Program-made: the position numbers and the translations under genes
Notes under the pieces: generated by a model
What the model was told of the DNA's origin: nothing
The model's database searches: none
Seen by the model: only the letters and a program-made list of their open reading frames with translations
Assembly: GCA_020724555.1 (NCBI GenBank)
Contig: DYGT01000004.1
Coordinates: 9,564 to 73,563, forward strand
Reading direction: 5' to 3'
Source of the DNA: Candidatus Microgenomatus sp.
GTDB lineage: Bacteria; Patescibacteriota; Microgenomatia; UBA8517
DNA length: 64,000 bases
Shown: in pieces, positions 57,339-64,000 of the stretch
How positions within the stretch are numbered: the first letter of the stretch is position 1
Layout: every line of letters begins with the position of its first letter

Positions 57339-58529
57339 TTATGTTTTAATTACCCGCTTCCCACCAAACATGCGTGGCAACTTCCAGCTTTTCCAAATAA
57401 CGACATTGTACATAAAATAATTATAAGGAAGTACCAAAAACACGATAATGAACGGTAGCAACAATTGGCGGTATTGTTGGCCCAAGAGACTCACCCCTAA
57501 CGAGCCTACCACTGTTTGAATTAAAAGCGCCCCTATTGACGTGCCGTTAAACTGGATAAATTTCAAAAATAACTCACGCGCTCCGGTAATTTTTTCTTTT
57601 TTAAATGTCCAAATATTGTTAAAGGTAAAATTGTTTATTATGGCCAATTCCGTAGAACCCGCCCAGGCGAATACTTCCGGCCAATGCAAACGGCTGGCAA
57701 AAATATAAAGAAAAAACGCATTCACCAGATATCCGGCAAAACCAACCGTTCCGAATTTAATAAACTTTTGCTTGTCTTTTATTCCCAAAATTATGGCTAC
57801 ACGAAAAGTTGATATCATCTCTTTCATACTAAATTTAGAAGTCTCCTCCGTGCGGGGCGCAAACTCCAGAGGGACCTCTTTCACATTTTTAGCGTTTTTT
57901 ATTGATTGATACAAAAGATCTACTTTATAGGCAAACCGTTCGGGCTCCATCAGGCTGTCAAGGTCAATTTTGTCCAAAACGCCTTTTACTTTAGTGAGGC
58001 GAAAACCGGTAGTAAGGTCGTGTAATTTTGGCTTAAGCAAAACCAAACGGATAAATAAATTGCCGAAATAAGATATGGCTTTTCTGTGGATTGCCCACTC
58101 AGAAGGAACCGACCCGCCGGGTATATAACGGCTACCAATAACATAATCCGAACCGTTTAAGTAAGCCTCGACCATGGGCTTCACAAACCTGGGCGGGTGC
58201 TGAAAATCCGCATCCATTTCCATAACAGCATCCGCATTAAGCTTATCTTTGGCATATTTCATACCCCTTATGTATGCCCAGCCAAGGCCTTGTTTAGTTG
58301 ACTCCAAAAGATGAAGATTTTTATATTTTTTCATCTGAGACCGGACAATGTCTCCCGTCCCGTCGTCGGTGCCTTCCGCTGTCAAATCGTTGACGACCAA
58401 AAGATGCATATCTGCAGCAATTTTGGGAAACTCTTTTTCAAACAAAACAGGTACCATTTTACTAATATTTTCAGCCTCCTTATAGGTAGGCATAATAATT
58501 ACGACTTTTTGTTTTAAATTACTCACCAT
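57339..58529 (-). CDS. GT2 polyprenol-phosphate mannosyltransferase (Ppm1/DPM1-like) fused to GtrA flippase domain
   Basis: PTY.EAENI, GLG.AY..G, EMDADFQH, IGSRY.PGG, DLTTGFR, then KFGTVG..G..VN and NNFTFNNIWTF. Start placed at ATG 58529. Confidence 0.88.
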   Translation of the reverse strand: MVSNLKQKVVIIMPTYKEAENISKMVPVLFEKEFPKIAADMHLLVVNDLTAEGTDDGTGDIVRSQMKKYKNLHLLESTKQGLGWAYIRGMKYAKDKLNADAVMEMDADFQHPPRFVKPMVEAYLNGSDYVIGSRYIPGGSVPSEWAIHRKAISYFGNLFIRLVLLKPKLHDLTTGFRLTKVKGVLDKIDLDSLMEPERFAYKVDLLYQSIKNAKNVKEVPLEFAPRTEETSKFSMKEMISTFRVAIILGIKDKQKFIKFGTVGFAGYLVNAFFLYIFASRLHWPEVFAWAGSTELAIINNFTFNNIWTFKKEKITGARELFLKFIQFNGTSIGALLIQTVVGSLGVSLLGQQYRQLLLPFIIVFLVLPYNYFMYNVVIWKSWKLPRMFGGKRVIKT

Positions 58530-58546
58530 AATCCAATATATCACAC

Positions 58547-60205
58547 CTAATTGTTTTTACGAAAGTACATTTGCACTTTATCTTCTTCGATTTGTGTGGT
58601 GGGTGTTTTAAAAAGATGCTCAGGCAGCTCTGCAATATTGTTATAGCCGTAATCCAAAATATCCAAAGTTACTTTTTCAAAATCTCCCTTAGCAATAATT
58701 TTATTTAATTCATCTTCATAAAAATGGTTTTTTCTGGGGATAACCACGTCAACTTCCTCATCTTTAAAATCTTCAGAATACCCATTCTCCACAACCACTT
58801 TGCTGTCAAAATAAAAAACATAAGTATAACTTGCATAATTTGTGGCAATAACAAGATCTTTTTTATTTTTATACCTACCGTCAATTTCAGTGAGGATTAA
58901 ATCCATAGGCCCCACATAATCGTACGTCAACTCATACACATTTCCCCACCAAGATGGTAATTTAAAAATGCTACTTATAACTAAAATAGACACTAAAAAA
59001 TATTGATATGCTTTTTTTGCTTCAGGCGATAAAACCCTCAAGATACAAATGCTATCGACTAATATTGAAGCTATACCAAGAGGAATAAGAAGAAAATAGT
59101 AACGTATAAAAAGTACGGGTACGCGTGTGATAACTACTATATAAATTACATAAATAATAAAAAAATAAATGCTAATATTTAATAAATTATTCTTTAAAAT
59201 TTCTTCTTTAAATTTTTTATTCAAACTTCGCGAAAACCCCGCTCGGCGGGGATAAAGCAATGCCGTGAACGAACTTTGAGAATAAGTAATATAAAATAAA
59301 ATAATTTTTGTAGTTAAAACTACAAATAAATACTCATGTTTAAATAAATACTCTAAAGTTTTTCCCAAATTCCAAAGTTGAAAGCGAAAGCTAAAATTTT
59401 TACTGCCAAAAAACAAAAGGGAAGTAAAATCAGTAAGCTCCTTTGAAGTTTTAAACGTTTCAAAAAATAAAGATAAAGGCAGAGTAATCAAACCAATAAA
59501 TATGAGCATGCCTAATTTCTTTTTAGATACTTTCTTGTATAAAAGCGACAAAAAAACTTCAAAAATAAAAGTAGAAAACAAAACAATATAAAATGCCGGA
59601 TGATATGACAAATAAAAAAATAGGCTGCTAATTATCAGTAAAAACGCCCATAGCCATTTGCGCGAATATTTTTCCTTAAATTTCAAATAGGCAGATAGAT
59701 AAAACGAGAAAGATAAAATAACAAGTGAGTAATACCTCGCTTCAATAGAATGAAGTGTGTATGAAACAGATAATATAAGAAGCATAAATAAAGCTGCAGC
59801 AAACCTTGGTTTTTCCTTATTATCCAGATAGCGGCTGATAGTAAAATATAAAATTAGCACACCACCTATTGATGCAAAAGCAAATGGAGTGCGGATAAGA
59901 GCGGTTTTTAAATATAAATCATTGGTTAAATTGCCCAAAAAAACAAACGGAGCAGCCACATAAAATTCAGCCCATCCATGGCAAAGATATAAATTTAAGC
60001 TATCTTTTACACAGATAGAATTACCTTTTTTTAAGGTAACATTTAAATTTGTTTTGCCGTCATCCACAAGAGGCACACCATAACGAAGAACCCTTTGCGC
60101 CATCGCCCCAGTGTTGCCTTCATCGTTCCACAGCAAATAATCATCTATCCGTACTAAAATATTTAAGCTAAAAAGAAAAAATATAATTAGCGCCAGATAA
60201 CGCAT
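58547..60205 (-). CDS. GT-C glycosyltransferase (ArnT/PMT-like, divergent)
   Basis: LWNDEG.T, R.PFA, EARYYSL, RY motifs; multi-TM. Confidence 0.78.
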   Translation of the reverse strand: MRYLALIIFFLFSLNILVRIDDYLLWNDEGNTGAMAQRVLRYGVPLVDDGKTNLNVTLKKGNSICVKDSLNLYLCHGWAEFYVAAPFVFLGNLTNDLYLKTALIRTPFAFASIGGVLILYFTISRYLDNKEKPRFAAALFMLLILSVSYTLHSIEARYYSLVILSFSFYLSAYLKFKEKYSRKWLWAFLLIISSLFFYLSYHPAFYIVLFSTFIFEVFLSLLYKKVSKKKLGMLIFIGLITLPLSLFFETFKTSKELTDFTSLLFFGSKNFSFRFQLWNLGKTLEYLFKHEYLFVVLTTKIILFYITYSQSSFTALLYPRRAGFSRSLNKKFKEEILKNNLLNISIYFFIIYVIYIVVITRVPVLFIRYYFLLIPLGIASILVDSICILRVLSPEAKKAYQYFLVSILVISSIFKLPSWWGNVYELTYDYVGPMDLILTEIDGRYKNKKDLVIATNYASYTYVFYFDSKVVVENGYSEDFKDEEVDVVIPRKNHFYEDELNKIIAKGDFEKVTLDILDYGYNNIAELPEHLFKTPTTQIEEDKVQMYFRKNN

Positions 60206-60210
60206 AAATC

Positions 60211-60220
60211 ATTGTATAAT
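60211..60220. promoter_or_regulatory. Overlapping divergent -10 elements (TACAAT on minus, TATAAT on plus)
   Basis: ATTGTATAAT lies in a 21-bp gap, 5 nt from ATG 60205 (-) and 6 nt from ATG 60227 (+). Confidence 0.7.
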
Positions 60221-60226
60221 AGCCTT

Positions 60227-60895
60227 ATGCAAATAGATATTCTTACCCTTTTTCCCGAAATATTTTCCGGCCCTTTTAGTGAGTCCATGCTCAAGCGCGC
60301 GCAAGAAAAAAAACTTGTTCAGATTAATATTCATAACCTTCGAAGCTGGGCTGTTGATAAACACAATACGGTAGATGATAGACCATATGGCGGTGGCGCA
60401 GGAATGGTTATCATGGTAGAACCGGTGGACAAAGCTTTAAATCAAATTAAAACAAAAGATGCTCATGTCATTCTTATGTCGCCACAAGGGACGCGTTTTA
60501 ATCAACAGATGGCACAAAATTTAGCCAAAAACAAACATATTATTATTATCTGCGGGCATTATGAAGGCTTTGACGAGCGCATCCGTCTGCATTTAATTGA
60601 TGAAGAAATTTCTTTGGGAGATTTTATCCTCACTGGCGGCGAAATTCCTGCTATGGCCGTCGTGGATGCAACTGTCAGACTTTTACCGGGTGTTTTGGGA
60701 AAAACAGAGTCTTTGGCTGAAGAATCACACACAAAACCCGGTTACCTGGAATACCCTCACTACACGCGTCCGGTGGAATACAAAGGCTGGGAGGTGCCCG
60801 AAGTGCTTTTATCCGGAAACCATGCAGAAATCAAAAAATGGCGGGAGAAAAATTCTAGGAAGACTTCCGGGATTTCTGATACCAATAACGGTTGA
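60227..60895 (+). CDS. trmD: tRNA (guanine37-N1)-methyltransferase
   Basis: ILTLFPE, VDDRPYGGGAGM, SPQG, CGHYEGFDER, EISLGDFILTGGE, YPHYTRP, VPEVLLSGNH motifs. Confidence 0.97.
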   Translation: MQIDILTLFPEIFSGPFSESMLKRAQEKKLVQINIHNLRSWAVDKHNTVDDRPYGGGAGMVIMVEPVDKALNQIKTKDAHVILMSPQGTRFNQQMAQNLAKNKHIIIICGHYEGFDERIRLHLIDEEISLGDFILTGGEIPAMAVVDATVRLLPGVLGKTESLAEESHTKPGYLEYPHYTRPVEYKGWEVPEVLLSGNHAEIKKWREKNSRKTSGISDTNNG

Positions 60896-61577
60896 CTTCA
60901 TACAAACTGTCAAATGTTCCTGCATCACTCCAAAAACCGTTTAAAGTGGCACTTTTTAAGCTTCCTTCCCGCAAATAAATATTATTTAAATCAGTTACTT
61001 CCAGTTCGCCCCGAGCCGATGGTCTGAGCATTCGGATTTTATCAAATACCGTGTTATCGTAAATATAGAGTCCGGTTTGCACAAAATTTGACTTTGGTTT
61101 TTTAGGTTTTTCTTCTATTGCGATTAATTTGCCTTTTTTATCAAACACACCCACGCCAAAACGTGAAGGATCCTTAACTTTCTTAAAAAATATCAAGGCT
61201 CCGTCTTTAAAATTTTTAACCTCCCGGGAAATGTCGGCATCTGTACAATTATCACCCAAAATCACGCATATCGAGCTATTATCCGAAAAATCCTCTGCTA
61301 AAGAGAGCGCCTGAGAAATACCACCTTCTTCTTCCTGATAAGCAAATTCGATGTGTTTTACCCCAAGCTCTTTGCCGTTTTTTAAGACACGCACAAAATG
61401 ACCCGCATATGGCCCCCCAACTACCACCAAAATTTCATCAATACCAGTTTTAACAAGAGTACTGATGGGATAATAAACCATTGGCTTATCATACACCGGC
61501 AGCAGGTGCTTATTGGTTGCGTATGTTAAAGGATATAGCCGTGTACCCAAACCACCGGCAAGTACTACACCTTTCAT
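60855..61577 (-). CDS. rmlA: Glucose-1-phosphate thymidylyltransferase-like sugar-phosphate nucleotidyltransferase (RmlA/SpsI-like)
   Basis: LAGG.GTRLYPLT, KHLLPVYDKPM, LGDN, EEKP, PSARGELEVTD, W.DAGT motifs. Confidence 0.85.
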   Translation of the reverse strand: MKGVVLAGGLGTRLYPLTYATNKHLLPVYDKPMVYYPISTLVKTGIDEILVVVGGPYAGHFVRVLKNGKELGVKHIEFAYQEEEGGISQALSLAEDFSDNSSICVILGDNCTDADISREVKNFKDGALIFFKKVKDPSRFGVGVFDKKGKLIAIEEKPKKPKSNFVQTGLYIYDNTVFDKIRMLRPSARGELEVTDLNNIYLREGSLKSATLNGFWSDAGTFDSLYEVNRYWYQKSRKSS

Positions 61578-61592
61578 ATATGATTATTCCTT

Positions 61593-62087
61593 TTAAGTAT
61601 ATCTGTCGGCGACAGTGCTTGCAGCCCAGCTTTCCGGTTTTGTTTTAGCTATAAAACCGTTTCCGGTCACCATACCCACTACTTCGCGGATCATTTGGCG
61701 CGTTGGCCCCAGAGCACCCACGTCAATGTGTATCTCCAAATCATACTTTGCCGGGGATATGGCTGCACGCAAATCCGGTACCAACTCGTGGGCGATTTCC
61801 AAAGATTTCATGGTTTCCGCGTATATTTTATCGCGAAGAACAAAAGGTTTATTAATTTTTTCTTTATACCAAAAATAGCGCGCACCACGCCCCATTCTAT
61901 GGATGACAATTGCCGTAACAAAATCGCATTCACTATGGCTATTTACCCGTTTGAGCTGTGAATCCGTTCCAATGACCAAACGGTAATAATCAAACGGCTC
62001 ACTTTTCACAAACTCAGAAATTTCCTGGATCATATAGCCCGTTGATAACAGGCCTTTGCTGGGGCTATAAAAATTTATATTTTTCAT
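61593..62087 (-). CDS. RNase H-like YkuK (DUF458) family protein
   Basis: IGTDSQ, TAIVIHR.G.GA, E...SL, EIHIDVG, KP.S.AAS.VAD. Start placed at ATG 62087. Confidence 0.85.
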   Translation of the reverse strand: MKNINFYSPSKGLLSTGYMIQEISEFVKSEPFDYYRLVIGTDSQLKRVNSHSECDFVTAIVIHRMGRGARYFWYKEKINKPFVLRDKIYAETMKSLEIAHELVPDLRAAISPAKYDLEIHIDVGALGPTRQMIREVVGMVTGNGFIAKTKPESWAASTVADRYT

Positions 62088-62106
62088 CCTCCCAGAGTAT
62101 ACCACT

Positions 62107-62376
62107 TTAACTTCGGAAAATTACCGAAAGCACGACCGCCAAACCAAATAAGGCTACTGCCACATATTCTAAAACAATCTCCAACGATAAATCTTGATGG
62201 ATGTGGTGGTGAACAATACCCCAAATAACGTGTGATATGGCTAAAGATATAGCTACCCCCGCTTGGAACTGTTTGTCATAAGAAAATATCCAAAAAGCTA
62301 AAATTCCCGCTGTAAAAATACCAATTAAGGGCAAATAATGGGGCAGATGATCATACCTATTTATATTTTTTGACAT
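62107..62376 (-). CDS. Small 3-TM membrane protein with His cluster
   Basis: Three hydrophobic segments; WGIVHHHIHQDL...LEY; abuts the upstream gene. Confidence 0.75.
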   Translation of the reverse strand: MSKNINRYDHLPHYLPLIGIFTAGILAFWIFSYDKQFQAGVAISLAISHVIWGIVHHHIHQDLSLEIVLEYVAVALFGLAVVLSVIFRS

Positions 62377-63330
62377 TTATATAATCTGACCTGCTTTAAC
62401 TATAAGAACAACTAAAATTATCATACCCATAAAAGAAACGTGTGCCAGACTCCTTCCGGTCGAGCGCACAATACCCTTTTTGAAAGCAATTACCGAATCT
62501 ATCAGCAAAACAACCAAAAACATCGAAACTAGGGTAATTGACACAATTTTGGTCAGATTTAAAGGCGATATCACCACCTCTCTTATTTCATCGGCTGCGC
62601 TTAAGGTAACGCCGTTATCTAAGACAATCGCGTCAATGGCAATTGCGTTTGGTTTAACCTGCTCTTTGTTCTCTGTCTGAGGAGCGTTTTTTACCTCCAC
62701 CACTTCAGCAACAGACTCCCCCGGGGCCTGTGCAACTAGGTTTTGAGGGGCCTTGTTGGCGGGCACTCCGGCGGTTTGTCCCGCTTGGGTTCCAAACAAC
62801 TGAACCACAAGCGTTGTTTCTACACCGTTTAAATCCCCCTCAACCACAGCTACACCTATCTCGTTGTACTTATCGGACAATAAATTATCCCTGTGTGTAG
62901 GTGAAGCCATCCACGCTTCCACGGCGCTACCGGGGCTACTAAAATCACGCGCCAGGTTTTCACCGGCATAGCGGTAATCGTACCCCACTGATTGAAAAAA
63001 ATACCATGGCTCAACACCATCCGGAGAAACGTGTGCCCAATAATCTTTTTCCAGCATATCAAGCCCTTTTTGCCTTGCGGCTTCTACAAGTAGCGGATTT
63101 TCACTCAAAGGCGAAAGTCCTGCTTCCAGCCTTTTATCGTTACTTAACTTAATAACTTCTGCTGGAGAAATTTGCGAAGCATAACCCAATACACCAATTT
63201 TCCCGGTAATATCAATGACTTCCTGATACAAAAAAACAAAAGCTATTAAAACCAAAAGACCGGGAAGCTGAAGAAGCCGCGCTCGGTAATTATTATTTGA
63301 ATGGGGTACAAAAACATGGGCAAGGCTCAT
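62377..63330 (-). CDS. CAP/SCP-domain membrane-anchored protein
   Basis: N..R...GL..L, DM...YWAH.SP.G, AGENLA, WM.SP.HR.N.L, EIGVAV; TMs at both ends. Confidence 0.9.
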   Translation of the reverse strand: MSLAHVFVPHSNNNYRARLLQLPGLLVLIAFVFLYQEVIDITGKIGVLGYASQISPAEVIKLSNDKRLEAGLSPLSENPLLVEAARQKGLDMLEKDYWAHVSPDGVEPWYFFQSVGYDYRYAGENLARDFSSPGSAVEAWMASPTHRDNLLSDKYNEIGVAVVEGDLNGVETTLVVQLFGTQAGQTAGVPANKAPQNLVAQAPGESVAEVVEVKNAPQTENKEQVKPNAIAIDAIVLDNGVTLSAADEIREVVISPLNLTKIVSITLVSMFLVVLLIDSVIAFKKGIVRSTGRSLAHVSFMGMIILVVLIVKAGQII

Positions 63331-63379
63331 ATATAAATATTACCCCGTAGGATCACCTTAATCAACGAGATAAGTTGGG

Positions 63380-63769
63380 TTAAATATACTGCTTTAACCG
63401 TTCAATCACTTCTTTGGGAGTATAATTTGCTTTTATCAAATACTCCTTTACACCAAGCTCCTTGGCCTTGCCGTCCTCTGCTTCCTGCGAAAGGTTTGAG
63501 ATTATAACAACAGGGATATTTTTGCCATATGCGTCTTGGCGCAGACGGGTGAGCATATCAATTCCCGATAATTTAGGCATCATTACATCCAAAATAATTC
63601 CATCCGGCTTATATTCCAAAGCTTTTTTCAAACCCTCCTGCCCATCTTGAGCAGTTATCACACGAAATCCCTCTGAGGCTATTTTGGTTTTATACATTTT
63701 GGTAAGTAAAGGATCGTCCTCAATTACCATCAAAAGTTTTGCTTGAGTCTTTGTGTTTTGGTTTATCAC
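63380..63769 (-). CDS. Stand-alone response regulator receiver protein
   Basis: IEDD, LDVMMP (phospho-Asp), SN, YLIK; no output domain. Confidence 0.92.
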   Translation of the reverse strand: MINQNTKTQAKLLMVIEDDPLLTKMYKTKIASEGFRVITAQDGQEGLKKALEYKPDGIILDVMMPKLSGIDMLTRLRQDAYGKNIPVVIISNLSQEAEDGKAKELGVKEYLIKANYTPKEVIERLKQYI

Positions 63770-63775
63770 GAGTTT

Positions 63776-63781
63776 ATTATA
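63776..63781 (-). promoter_or_regulatory. -10 hexamer TATAAT, 6 nt before GTG 63769
   Basis: Fills the 12-bp gap between the kinase and the receiver gene. Confidence 0.6.
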
Positions 63782-64000
63782 CTACAAATTTCCGGTGTCA
63801 CTTTTATTAATTTTAATTGGCAGTTCAAACCAGAAATCAGACCCCCTGCCCGGCTTCGATTCCACGCCAATGTTTCCACCAAATTTTTGTATCAAAAGCT
63901 TAGAAATATAAAGCCCCAGCCCGCTTCCGATGGTTTTACCCACATCTGAGCGTATTCTATAAAATTTATTAAACAATTTCTTTTGTTCATGCTGTGAAAT
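63782..64000 (-). CDS. Sensor histidine kinase, C-terminal HATPase_c fragment (5' end outside window)
   Basis: Frame open to the window edge: ISQHEQKKLFNKFYR...GSGLGLYISK...GG.IGVES..G.GS.F.F.LP. Confidence 0.9.
   Translation of the reverse strand: MSQHEQKKLFNKFYRIRSDVGKTIGSGLGLYISKLLIQKFGGNIGVESKPGRGSDFWFELPIKINKSDTGNL

Noticed and set aside
63331-63379. Possible terminator hairpin between the receiver and CAP genes
   Set aside because: Only weak, interrupted pairing and no U-tract.
951-63949. Many 60-165 aa ORFs in the track lying opposite or inside long genes (e.g. 46307-46804, 28328-28726, 951-1187, 1086-1301)
   Set aside because: Shadow or alternate frames of well-supported genes, with no motifs; expected by chance.
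1-64000. CRISPR array, IS/transposase, integrase, reverse transcriptase/DGR, prophage, tRNA or rRNA
   Set aside because: No regularly spaced repeats, no such ORFs, and no gap over ~160 bp. The paralogue similarity I saw does not look like adenine-specific TR/VR pairs.
1-64000. Alternative genetic code (TGA = Gly/Trp)
   Set aside because: TGA ends many full-length genes in ATGA overlaps, and the ORFs are complete under code 11.

Overview
A gene-dense, AT-rich bacterial chromosome segment using the standard code 11 (TGA is a stop). Gene content and style point to a Patescibacteria/CPR genome, probably Microgenomates-like (inference). About 60 kb (<1-60205) is one giant surface-glycosylation locus, almost all on the minus strand. 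It holds 27 GT-C-fold integral-membrane glycosyltransferase-like genes: 25 apparently full length (one running off the left edge) and 2 short catalytic-loop-less versions, in about six sub-families. It also holds 9 GT2, 3 GT4, 3 class I methyltransferase domains, 2 Wzx-type flippases and a GT2-GtrA fusion. Embedded non-glycan genes are an SDR, a DUF1704/MATCAP-like metallopeptidase, nrnA and an HTH/degenerate-Nudix protein. The right end has trmD, an rmlA-like nucleotidyltransferase, a YkuK RNase H-like gene, a CAP-domain protein and a two-component pair. Highlights: (1) catalytically degenerate GT-C genes are coupled three times directly upstream of intact paralogues; (2) at least 17 starts have a -10 hexamer 5-8 nt upstream, suggesting leaderless transcription, including a 21-bp bidirectional promoter; (3) a GT4-methyltransferase fusion would split into two clean genes with one extra A; (4) an unannotated 30-aa membrane ORF lies in frame with a GT2 stop codon. 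No rRNA, tRNA, CRISPR array or mobile element was seen. All family calls come from motif reading, not database searches.
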